From contig JBAZWB010000001.1 of assembly GCA_041660605.1 (NCBI GenBank), positions 329,295-393,294 of the forward strand: a stretch of DNA of 64,000 nucleotides, in the 5' to 3' direction. The DNA comes from Patescibacteria group bacterium. Lineage in GTDB: Bacteria > Patescibacteriota > Patescibacteriia > UBA10025 > JAHIVO01. The stretch's first letter is position 1. Each line of letters opens with the position of its first letter. The notes below the pieces were generated by a model that was not told the origin of the DNA, made no database searches, and was given only the letters and a program-made list of their open reading frames with translations. Of the stretch, positions 56,173-64,000 are shown piece after piece. The position numbers and the translations under genes are program-made.

Positions 56173-56850
56173 ATGGGCACTCTATATGTAGTCGCAACGC
56201 CCATCGGCAATCTGGAGGATATTACCCTCCGAGCCTTGAGAGCCTTGAAAGAGGCGGATTTTATAATTTGCGAAGACACCAGGCATACTCTGCAGATGCT
56301 CAACCATTTTGAGATTAAAAAAACCCTAATTAGCTATCATCAGCATTCGCAGATACAAAAAATTGATTACATTATTTCTCTCTTAAAAAATGGTAAGAAT
56401 CTCGCTATGGTGTCTGACGCGGGCACGCCGGCCTTATCAGATCCTGGCGGCGTTTTGGTCCAGGAAGTTTTTAAATCTCTTGGCAATGAGGTAAAAATAG
56501 TGCCAATACCCGGCGTTTCTGCTTTGACCGCTTTAATATCCGTGGCCGGATTGCCGACCGATAAATTTACTTTCCTCGGTTTTTTGCCGCACAAGAAGGG
56601 GAGACAGACGTTGTTCAAGCTTATTGCTGATTCAGAGCAAACGGTTATTTTTTATGAGTCGCCGCATCGGATAATTAAAACTCTGACTGCCTTGGCAGAA
56701 TCCTTGCCAAACGAACGGCGGGTGGTGGTGGGTCGCGAGCTGACCAAGAAGTTTGAGACTATCTATCGCGGTTCGGCGCAGGAGATTTTGAAGCAACTGG
56801 CGGAAGGGGAAAGCAGGGGAGAGTTTGTGGTGCTGGTGGAGGGGAAGTAA
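56173..56850 (+). CDS. rsmI: 16S rRNA (cytidine1402-2'-O)-methyltransferase
   Basis: 225 aa. MGTLYVVATPIGNLEDITLRALRALKEADFIICEDTRHT = RsmI N-terminal signature. Confidence 0.85.
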   Translation: MGTLYVVATPIGNLEDITLRALRALKEADFIICEDTRHTLQMLNHFEIKKTLISYHQHSQIQKIDYIISLLKNGKNLAMVSDAGTPALSDPGGVLVQEVFKSLGNEVKIVPIPGVSALTALISVAGLPTDKFTFLGFLPHKKGRQTLFKLIADSEQTVIFYESPHRIIKTLTALAESLPNERRVVVGRELTKKFETIYRGSAQEILKQLAEGESRGEFVVLVEGK

Positions 56851-56885
56851 ATATTATTCTCAGTAATTATTAACTAAAAAATTAT

Positions 56886-57530
56886 ATGGAAACAAAACAA
56901 GTTGACGTCGGCAAAGCGATCGCTTATGGCTGGAGCGAGGTAAAGAAAAATTTTTGGTATTTTGTGGGACTGGCCGTCATCGTCATAGTCATTGAAAGCA
57001 TTGGTAGCGGACCGAAAGAGCACCGGACCTATTTTAACGTCCTCGGCCTTTTTCTCGGCGCCTGGATGGCCTGCGGTTTCACCACCATCGTGCTGGATTA
57101 CTACGGCGGCACCAAGCGCGAGATTACTGATGTCTTTACCCAGGTAAAAGATTTCTGGCGCGTGCTCGGGGCAAACATCCTCGTCGGCTTTATTGTCTTA
57201 GTCGGTTTTATTTTCCTGATTGTTCCCGGTATTTACCTCGGCTTACGCTTCATATTCACTATCCCTTTGATTATTGATAAAAATCTGGGCATTGGCGAAG
57301 CCATGGAACGAAGTTCGGAAATGACCAAGGGCATAAAAATGGAGTTGTTTGTTTTTGCCCTGACAGTCATCGGCGTATTGCTGCTCGGAGTGATCTGTCT
57401 CGGTGTCGGTATTTTCGTGGCTATGCCGGTGGTCTGGCTGGCGTATATTTACATTTACAAGACGATGCAAAATATCCAGCCCGCCGCCAATGTTCAGCCG
57501 GTTATTAAAACCGCCACACCCGCGCAATAA
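56886..57530 (+). CDS. Hypothetical polytopic membrane protein
   Basis: 214 aa, 5-6 TM helices, no recognised motif. Confidence 0.45.
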   Translation: METKQVDVGKAIAYGWSEVKKNFWYFVGLAVIVIVIESIGSGPKEHRTYFNVLGLFLGAWMACGFTTIVLDYYGGTKREITDVFTQVKDFWRVLGANILVGFIVLVGFIFLIVPGIYLGLRFIFTIPLIIDKNLGIGEAMERSSEMTKGIKMELFVFALTVIGVLLLGVICLGVGIFVAMPVVWLAYIYIYKTMQNIQPAANVQPVIKTATPAQ

Positions 57531-57608
57531 GTGAATAATACGCGTGCCGCGACCACCCGGATGATTGCCTGATTAAATGAAATAGTTTCTCGCAGTTTTC
57601 GGTGTAAT

Positions 57609-57636
57609 AAAAAAACCTATCTCATTGAGATAGGCC
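57609..57636 (-). terminator. Rho-independent terminator for the 46-aa gene (minus strand)
   Basis: Palindrome CCTATCTCATTGAGATAGG with A7 on the plus strand (T7 on minus). Confidence 0.5.
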
Positions 57637-57654
57637 CTGCCCTAAAGCAGAAAT

Positions 57655-57795
57655 TTAGTCGCGGCAGATGCAGTGATTCCAGAAGCGCCACCATTCGTTG
57701 TCGTCATACCCGGGAACTTCAGGAAATGTAGGCCGAGGCAACCCGGCTTCTTTCATCTGCCTGTATAGCCGCCACGTCCGGCGATTCATCATCAT
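57655..57795 (-). CDS. Candidate 46-aa Trp/Cys-containing small protein (MMMNRRTWRLYRQMKEAGLPRPTFPEVPGYDDNEWWRFWNHCICRD)
   Basis: GGAGG SD 7 nt upstream of the ATG; terminator 18 nt after the stop. Below the ORF-track cut-off. Confidence 0.45.
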   Translation of the reverse strand: MMMNRRTWRLYRQMKEAGLPRPTFPEVPGYDDNEWWRFWNHCICRD

Positions 57796-58091
57796 GGTTC
57801 TTCCTCCGTGTTTTTTGCGATGTTGGTTTTCAAAAAAGAATACAGCATGTTTACTTTTTTGTCAAGGCGTAATGATTGGACATTCGCCAAATAAGGCGTA
57901 CTAGAGGACTTGAAATTTAGATGGCCAAAAGGGTGAATAGACGTATATTAAGCGTAATTTGATTTTTAGAATTGGGTAACAAAAACCACATGTTTTCAAT
58001 AAGTGGTATTTTTTTATTGTGCACAGGTTGTGGATATAATAATGTACATATTAGCCTTGTTTTGGAAGTGGTGCGGGTGTAGGCTTAAATT

Positions 58092-58553
58092 ATGAGAAAT
58101 CCAAAATATCTTGAGCAATATGAAAGAACCATGCGTTGGTATTGGCGATTTATAAAAATCAATCATGGGCAAATTCATCAAAAGAATTCAGATTTTTATC
58201 AAGATGAGGTATATAGTTTTTTTATTAATTGTTATCATTTAAAAGATTGGATAATAAATGATCCGGTAGTTAAAATAAATAAAGACGATATTGAAAAATT
58301 TGTACACAATAATAAGTATTTAAATATCTGCGGAGATATTTGTAATGGCGTTAAACATTTACAATTAAATAAATCTAATGGTGCAAAGATTGGATCAAGC
58401 CATTTTTCATTGGAGTTGGGCAGGGGAACCCCTGTCTTGTCCGTAAGATACGATATTGAAATTGACGGTAAAAAGTATGATGCTTTTAAGGTAGCCAATG
58501 AGGCTGTTAAGCAGTGGGATAATTTTATAAAACGTCGAATTAATTTCCAATAA
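58092..58553 (+). CDS. Hypothetical protein, A+T-rich gene (first of a two-gene cassette)
   Basis: 153 aa; markedly A+T-rich versus core genes (by eye); no recognised domain. Confidence 0.5.
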   Translation: MRNPKYLEQYERTMRWYWRFIKINHGQIHQKNSDFYQDEVYSFFINCYHLKDWIINDPVVKINKDDIEKFVHNNKYLNICGDICNGVKHLQLNKSNGAKIGSSHFSLELGRGTPVLSVRYDIEIDGKKYDAFKVANEAVKQWDNFIKRRINFQ

Positions 58554-58642
58554 TCCTTCAAGTCTTAAGGGGGCAGTGGTTTATTAAGTAAAAGTGAATT
58601 AATATAACATATATGGGAGAACTATAATTAATTAATATATTT

Positions 58643-59395
58643 ATGAAAAAAACAACACAAATGATTCAAAATTTAGATATTTCAAAAGAAGATATAGAAG
58701 AAATTGCGGAAAAAGTGCCGTGGATAGAATATATCGCATCAGGTTATAAATTAGTACGACAAAAAAGATTCATATTTTTTTTGCATAAACTAGAAAATCT
58801 TCTTATAAAAAAACCTGAAGATACTGAGGGTAAATTAAAGCAATATATCAAATCAAAGTTTGCACAAGATTTTTTATGTGATTATATTGATAAAGTTTTA
58901 CTAAATTCCTCTGATACAGTAAAATCAGCGCTGGCAATTCTATATTGCGAACAACATAATAATGCAATATCAGAAGAATTGGCATACCAAATCATTTTAG
59001 CGATTCACGGAATGTCAGAAAGAGAAGTGATGGTTTTGTTAGGTTTTTATATAAGTATGAAAGATGCAATGGAACATAACTCAACACTTACAAAAACGGA
59101 GGGTCCATTTAAAATTTTTTTGGCAACGGATGGGTTCATTAAAAGAATAATTCAGGAATTGAAATCTTTAAAATTATCCGAGACGGAAATATATAGCTAC
59201 TACCAAGATTTTAAAAATCGTAGAATATTCTTAGAAGACCCGGCCACAAGATATGGAGCAACAATAGCAGTAGGTGTTCATATTTTGACTCATGAAGTGT
59301 ATGATCTATTAAATAAAGCTCAAAAACTTTCACTTGGAAATTTTAAAAAAATTACTCTTGATGATTGGTCAAAAGAAAGAATTATGATAATATAA
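58643..59395 (+). CDS. Hypothetical protein, A+T-rich gene (second of the cassette)
   Basis: 250 aa; no recognised domain. Confidence 0.5.
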   Translation: MKKTTQMIQNLDISKEDIEEIAEKVPWIEYIASGYKLVRQKRFIFFLHKLENLLIKKPEDTEGKLKQYIKSKFAQDFLCDYIDKVLLNSSDTVKSALAILYCEQHNNAISEELAYQIILAIHGMSEREVMVLLGFYISMKDAMEHNSTLTKTEGPFKIFLATDGFIKRIIQELKSLKLSETEIYSYYQDFKNRRIFLEDPATRYGATIAVGVHILTHEVYDLLNKAQKLSLGNFKKITLDDWSKERIMII

Positions 59396-59624
59396 TATTT
59401 CACGACATAACTTCATTACCTTGAAGAAGTTTCAAAACTCATCCTCAATTTTTATAAATAAAACATAGCTCAATCACACGCTTTAATTTGCCATATTAAT
59501 ACATAAACAAACAACAATGCCCCCACCCTTAAAACCGCCTGCTGCCTGATGATTGACAGATGATGGGTTAAGGAATAAATTTAACATACCAACCTTCCCC
59601 AATTAATTCTTGGGGATTTTCTGT

Positions 59625-59912
59625 ATGAGAACATATTATGTGTATATAATGACGAATAAATTTAACCGGGTACTATATACTGGTGTTACTGGTAATATCA
59701 ACCGTCGAGTATTTGAGCATAAAGAAAAGCTAGTAAAGGGCTTTACTAGCCGCTATAACTTGCACAAAATGGTATATTGCGAAGAATTTAATGATGTTTT
59801 TGAAGCAATACAACGAGAAAAGCAGATAAAGGGGTGGTTACGCAAGAAAAAAAGAGAGCTGATTAGGCAGGCTAATCCTACCTGGCGTGATTTAAGCAAT
59901 GACCTTTACTAA
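59625..59912 (+). CDS. Small GIY-YIG nuclease domain protein (second copy in window)
   Basis: YYVYIMTNKFNRVLYTGVTGNINRRVFEHK... has the same GIY-YIG core as 12063-12329. Start taken at the internal Met. Confidence 0.75.
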   Translation: MRTYYVYIMTNKFNRVLYTGVTGNINRRVFEHKEKLVKGFTSRYNLHKMVYCEEFNDVFEAIQREKQIKGWLRKKKRELIRQANPTWRDLSNDLY

Positions 59913-59936
59913 AGCCACTCCGGCCCCACCGTCACT

Positions 59937-60001
59937 CTGAGCGGAGCGAAGAGTCCCCTCAGCCATAGGCTGAGGAGATCCTTCCCCTTCGCTTTGCTCA
60001 G
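59937..60001. repeat. Nested ~65-bp palindrome of the CTGAGCGnAGCGAAG motif family
   Basis: CTGAGCGGAGCGAAGAG...CCTCAGCC-ATA-GGCTGAGG...CTTCGCTTTGCTCAG. Related motif CTCTTCGGCTTCGCTCAG occurs at 12371 and 62058. Confidence 0.5.
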
Positions 60002-60135
60002 GGTCAGGATGACAGATTAAAGCAAATTTGCCAAAGAAATACCAGATGAAGCCATATCGATACATTAATTACCAAAATATAAACTGCTTGTTATAACTTA
60101 TTAACTAGGCTAAAATTAAAATATAAATTTTTTAT

Positions 60136-60705
60136 ATGCCACGAGAAATAGAAATCCAGGTAAAAATAGAGAACATCCAGCCGCTTTTGGGTATATTAAA
60201 AAATAAAGGAAAACTTAAATACCAGACGCGGCAGGTGGACAAATATTACACACCGGCAGACAGGGACTTTACTGTCGTACGGCCGATTGCTGAATGGCTG
60301 CGACTGCGTGATGCCGAGGGGGAGCATTCTATTAATTATAAGAACTGGCACTTCAGCGCGGACGGCCGGAGCGAATATTGCGATGAGCATGAAACGCCGG
60401 TGGAAAATATTGAGGCAATGCGTGAGATATTCCAGGCATTAAAGTTCAGAAAGCTGGTGGCTGTCGATAAAACCCGGCAGGCCTGGCAATACCAGGATTG
60501 GGAAGTGGCGATTGATAAGATAAAAAACCTGGGCGATTTTGTGGAAATAGAATATAAGGGCAATAATAATCCAGAACCGAAAGAGGAAACTGATAAGATG
60601 ATTGATTTCCTCAAACAGCTTGATGGCGGGAAGATCGAGCGCAACTATCGGGGGTATCCTTTCCAGCTGCTGTTTCCGGATGAGGTGAAGTGGGAAGTAA
60701 TGTAA
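60136..60705 (+). CDS. CYTH-domain protein (CyaB / triphosphate-tunnel metalloenzyme-like), tentative
   Basis: 189 aa. N-terminal EIEIQVK, central WLRLRD, C-terminal FVEIEYK acidic strand motifs resemble the CYTH signature. Confidence 0.5.
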   Translation: MPREIEIQVKIENIQPLLGILKNKGKLKYQTRQVDKYYTPADRDFTVVRPIAEWLRLRDAEGEHSINYKNWHFSADGRSEYCDEHETPVENIEAMREIFQALKFRKLVAVDKTRQAWQYQDWEVAIDKIKNLGDFVEIEYKGNNNPEPKEETDKMIDFLKQLDGGKIERNYRGYPFQLLFPDEVKWEVM

Positions 60706-60820
60706 TTTACCTGGCACAACGCTGGTTGGGTTTTTTGCATTGACATTAAAATAAGTTTGTTGTAAGTTGTAATATCTGTTAAATATTGAATGATCATTTT
60801 GAATATAAAGCGGAGGAAAC

Positions 60821-61531
60821 ATGAGTTGCGTATTATGTGATGTTTTTGGAGGTTCAGTCAGTGAAAATCTGATTGTCACCAGAACGCCGGAATTGGTGAT
60901 TTGCTACGCTCTCAAAAGGGACGCGCCTGTGCATATCCTGGGCGTACCGGATGAGCATGTGGCGACCATTGAACAGGCTAAGCCAGGTTTGTGCGGGCGA
61001 ATCATTATTTCTTTAATTGAGGCGTACAATGAAATGCGCCGGGAAGGTTACTGGGCGGATGGAGTTAACTATCCCGGAGACCAGCTTAATGGTTACAGGA
61101 TAGTTATCAACGAAGGTCCGGATGGCGGACAGTCGGTGCCAGGGCACTATCATGTGCATCTGGTGGCGGGCGTTACCATGTTTGGTCTGAAAAGCGATGA
61201 ACGTCCTGTCGGCGATCATTTGCGTTCGGGAATGTATCCTGCCAACATGATTTTGGACACGCCAGGCGATAAGATTGATCTGCAAATGGTGGCTCCCGGC
61301 ATGTGGGTGTTTATCCAGACTGATCTTGGAGTTTTCGAGTTTCGCTACCACTCTGGCCTGATGTTCTACTGGCGGCAGGAGAATGTGCATACGAGATTCG
61401 GCAAGCTGCAACAAATGCCGTGTGTCGGCAGTACGCTCCGGGTCAACGTGCTTTGGCCGCAGTTGCTGCCAGGTCCTGATTTTACTGTTGATCGCGATCT
61501 GGGTACAATAAAAGCGATCGTTTTCCCCTAG
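60821..61531 (+). CDS. HIT-family (histidine triad) hydrolase with an ~95-aa C-terminal extension of unknown function
   Basis: 236 aa. N-terminal CVLCDVF, histidine triad HYHVHLV; the extension has no recognised motif. Confidence 0.65.
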   Translation: MSCVLCDVFGGSVSENLIVTRTPELVICYALKRDAPVHILGVPDEHVATIEQAKPGLCGRIIISLIEAYNEMRREGYWADGVNYPGDQLNGYRIVINEGPDGGQSVPGHYHVHLVAGVTMFGLKSDERPVGDHLRSGMYPANMILDTPGDKIDLQMVAPGMWVFIQTDLGVFEFRYHSGLMFYWRQENVHTRFGKLQQMPCVGSTLRVNVLWPQLLPGPDFTVDRDLGTIKAIVFP

Positions 61532-61565
61532 GGGAATCAGACGCACCTTCATTTCAGGAGGAAAT

Positions 61566-61733
61566 ATGCCAGTTGTAGGAATGATGCCTTGGGAAATCTG
61601 TTTGGCTTGCGGGGCGCATTGTCAGCCTGATTGCTGGAGAAGCTGCTGTGGTACCTGTGATGTCATGGTCGCAAAAACCAGTGCTGACCGGCAGGACGAG
61701 ATATATAAACTGCTAACCGTTATAGGAAATTAG
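61566..61733 (+). CDS. Candidate 55-aa Cys-rich peptide (7 Cys: ICLACGAHCQPDCWRSCCGTCDV)
   Basis: AGGAGG SD 4 nt before the ATG, 32 bp after the HIT gene stop. Below the ORF-track cut-off. Confidence 0.4.
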   Translation: MPVVGMMPWEICLACGAHCQPDCWRSCCGTCDVMVAKTSADRQDEIYKLLTVIGN

Positions 61734-61739
61734 GGAAGT

Positions 61740-61892
61740 ATGGAAATGTTTCTTGAAGTCGTTGCGGGCGGCGGGTTATCCCTGGCCGTTTTCTCCGGGG
61801 CTTTTGCGCGAAATCCCTGGAAATCGTTCTCAGCGGTAGCTGGTTTGATTGCCTGTTATGGCGGTCTAATCTGGCTAAGTATAATTCGCTAG
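61740..61892 (+). CDS. Candidate 50-aa hydrophobic peptide (two predicted TM segments)
   Basis: Starts 6 nt after the Cys-rich peptide stop; weak SD. Confidence 0.3.
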   Translation: MEMFLEVVAGGGLSLAVFSGAFARNPWKSFSAVAGLIACYGGLIWLSIIR

Positions 61893-62057
61893 TTAAATCA
61901 GTATCTTATGATGCTGATCAAGGCGCTGGTTCACGAGAGTCAGCGTCCTTTTTTATTGAATTAATTCAATATTTACGATATAATTAAGTCAATATGGCAA
62001 AAAGATTCTACCCTGCACCAGTTCCGCCTTCGGCGTAACGATCCTGTACTATAACTC

Positions 62058-62290
62058 CTCTTCGGCTTCGCTCAGAGTCGTTAAGTACAGGGCTAGAAGT
62101 GCTTTTATAAAACGTAATCGATTATGTCAAAGAAGTTCTACATCACTACCCCTATCTATTATGTAAACGACCCCGAACCATGCCGCTTCGCGTCAGGTAC
62201 GGGGCGAGAAGTGCCATTATCTATCTTTTTTTCACAATGAAAAAGTTTTACATTACAACCCCTATTTACTACGTAAACGATAAACCACAC
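62058..62290 (+). repeat. Diverged tandem duplication (~120 bp units) of the metG promoter-proximal region and first ~17 codons
   Basis: Unit A 62058-62178 contains the orphan start ATGTCAAAGAAGTTCTACATCACTACCCCTATCTATTATGTAAACGA. Unit B carries the genuine ATGAAAAAGTTTTACATTACAACCCCTATTTACTACGTAAACGA. Upstream parts also align (GTACAGGGCTAGAAGTGC vs GTACGGGGCGAGAAGTGC). Confidence 0.6.
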
Positions 62291-63664
62291 ATCGGTCATT
62301 TGTACACCACAATTGCGGCTGATGTTTTGGCGCGCTACTACCGCCAGAAGGAATATGACGTTTTCTTTTTGACCGGTACGGACGAGCATGGCGCCAAAGT
62401 CGCGGAAAGCGCGGCCAAGGCCGGAATGGAACCCCAGGCTTTTGCCGACAAGAACAGCGAGCTTTTTAAAGCCGCTTTCAAGAATTTAAATATCTCCAAC
62501 GATTATTTCATCCGCACTACGGATCTGCGCCACGAGGAATCGGTAAAAAAATTGATGCAGAAGCTGTTTGACCAGGGGGATATATATGAGGGGGTGTACG
62601 AGGGCTTGTATTGCGTTGGCTGCGAAAAGTTTCTGACGGAAAAAGAGCTGGTGGACGGCAAATGCCCTTTGCACAAAGTGCCTCCGCAAAAGCTCAAAGA
62701 GAAGAATTATTTTTTTAAGCTGAAAAAATACCTGCCTGAAATCAAGAAAATCATTGAAAAAGGCAAGATTAAAATCGCTCCGGCAGGCAGGAAAAAAGAG
62801 GTACTGGGATTATTCAAGCAGGAGCTGGAAGATTTTTCCGTTTCCCGAGAAAAAGTCAGCTGGGGCATCCCGCTGCCGTTTGATGCCAAGCAGAAAACGT
62901 ATGTCTGGGTGGAAGCATTGCAGAATTACATATCCGCGATCGGTTACGGCGACAATGAGAAAGATTTCAAGAAATGGTGGCCGGCCGACGTGCACCTGAT
63001 GGCCAGGGATATTCTGAAATTCCACTGCCTCTACTGGCCGGCGCTGCTGCTGGCTGCCGGGCTGGCGATGCCGAAGAAAATATTCCTTCACGGTTTTTTC
63101 ACCATTAACGGCGAAAAAATGTCCAAAAGCGTCGGCAATGTCATTGACCCGAATGAGATAAAAGAAAAATTCGGCGCTGAGGCGGCGCGTTATCTTTTAT
63201 TATCGCAATTTCCATTTGGCCAGGACGGGGATATCAAGGAGGATTTATTCGCAGAAAAATACAATTCTGATTTAGCCAATAATCTGGGCAATCTGGTCAG
63301 CCGGGTTTTGAACATGATAGAGAAATACTGCGACGGGAAAATTCCCCAGACAGTGGCCAATCCCATTCTGCTTGATGAACCGGGTGAATTAATCGGCGAT
63401 TTGGAATTTGATAAGGCCTTAAAAAGTATTATGGCAAGCATTGACCAGGCCAACCACCTGATTGACGGGCAAAAACCGTGGGTGCTGGCAAAAGACGCGG
63501 CAAAAAAGCCGCAGCTTGATGCTGTTTTGAGCCAGCTGGCCGCTTTTCTCTACGAGCTGTCCGGCGTAATTAATCCTTTCATGCCTGGTACGGCAGAGAA
63601 AATTGTCGGCAGTTTAGCACAGGCCAAAATTGAAAAAGGGGAGCCGTTATTCAAGCGCATTTGA
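62237..63664 (+). CDS. metG: Methionyl-tRNA synthetase (short form lacking the C-terminal tRNA-binding appendix)
   Basis: MKKFYITTPIYYVNDKPHIGH (HIGH motif), KMSKS at FTINGEKMSKSVGN. Start taken at the internal Met of the ORF-track ORF. Confidence 0.9.
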   Translation: MKKFYITTPIYYVNDKPHIGHLYTTIAADVLARYYRQKEYDVFFLTGTDEHGAKVAESAAKAGMEPQAFADKNSELFKAAFKNLNISNDYFIRTTDLRHEESVKKLMQKLFDQGDIYEGVYEGLYCVGCEKFLTEKELVDGKCPLHKVPPQKLKEKNYFFKLKKYLPEIKKIIEKGKIKIAPAGRKKEVLGLFKQELEDFSVSREKVSWGIPLPFDAKQKTYVWVEALQNYISAIGYGDNEKDFKKWWPADVHLMARDILKFHCLYWPALLLAAGLAMPKKIFLHGFFTINGEKMSKSVGNVIDPNEIKEKFGAEAARYLLLSQFPFGQDGDIKEDLFAEKYNSDLANNLGNLVSRVLNMIEKYCDGKIPQTVANPILLDEPGELIGDLEFDKALKSIMASIDQANHLIDGQKPWVLAKDAAKKPQLDAVLSQLAAFLYELSGVINPFMPGTAEKIVGSLAQAKIEKGEPLFKRI

Positions 63665-63682
63665 ATCATTAAATATTAAATT

Positions 63683-64000
63683 ATGGCCATCATTGATATT
63701 ATCCTGCTTATAATGTTTTTTGGCTTTGTCGGCGCGGGATTTTATTTCGGATTGATACACACGCTGGGCGCGATCATCGGAGTATTTGTCGGCGTCGTTG
63801 CGGCGGGCAGTTTGTATCGCGATATATCGCCATTTTTCCAGTTTGTCGGCTTGAAATCCGGCGTGGCTGACGTTATGGCTTTTATAATAATTTTTTTGGT
63901 AGTCAGCCGCTTGATCGGATTCGTCGTCCATATGTTTGATAAGGGTTTCCAGCTGGCGAGATTGATTCCTTTTGCCACCACAGCCAACCGTTTGGCCGGC
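63683..64000 (+). CDS. CvpA-family membrane protein (partial, runs off the window end)
   Basis: MAIIDIILLIMFFGFVGAGFYFGLIHTLGAIIGVFVGVVAAG fits the CvpA N-terminal pattern; no stop before position 64000. Confidence 0.5.
   Translation, partial: MAIIDIILLIMFFGFVGAGFYFGLIHTLGAIIGVFVGVVAAGSLYRDISPFFQFVGLKSGVADVMAFIIIFLVVSRLIGFVVHMFDKGFQLARLIPFATTANRLAG

Noticed and set aside
57698-57904. 68-aa plus-strand ORF
   Set aside because: Overlaps, antisense, the better-supported 46-aa minus-strand gene that has an SD and a terminator. No initiation signal of its own.
62180-62236. 19-codon N-terminal extension of metG in the ORF track (MPLRVRYGARSAIIYLFFT-)
   Set aside because: It lies within unit B of the tandem duplication, upstream of the conserved MKKFYITTPIYY start that aligns with MetRS N-termini. 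An in-frame ATG is coincidental.

Overview
This 64-kb window looks like part of a small, streamlined bacterial genome, most plausibly a Candidate Phyla Radiation (Patescibacteria-like) organism; that assignment is inference from gene content and from weak or absent Shine-Dalgarno sites in many genes. About 65 protein-coding genes are supportable. Housekeeping and pathway genes are argS, ileS, glyQS, metG, the rplT-rpmI-infC operon, smpB, rsmI, tgt, recO, pgsA and pgpA, plus purH and a fused purC-purE gene. There is a glycosyltransferase and cell-envelope cluster of about 9 kb. There is one very large NHL/FG-GAP surface protein and a second large surface protein. There is a tRNA-Asp gene, and a tmRNA (ssrA) beside smpB that the ORF track misses. 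The rest is many small or uncharacterised genes. No CRISPR array, rRNA, transposase or integrase gene was seen. The most interesting signals are four instances of gene-terminus duplication (tRNA-Asp 3' half, ssrA 3' end, glyS 3' end, metG 5' end). Two small GIY-YIG nuclease genes each sit beside the same family of short palindromic repeats. Three A+T-rich cassettes of hypothetical genes look horizontally acquired. A block of three hypothetical genes shares a palindromic operator plus promoter and a conserved leader. A radical-SAM/SPASM enzyme is preceded by strongly-initiated mini-ORFs and two terminators. A CYTH / HIT / Cys-rich peptide cluster is also present. Several strong-SD genes under 60 aa are absent from the ORF track. 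Every family assignment is from motif recognition by eye, not from database searches.
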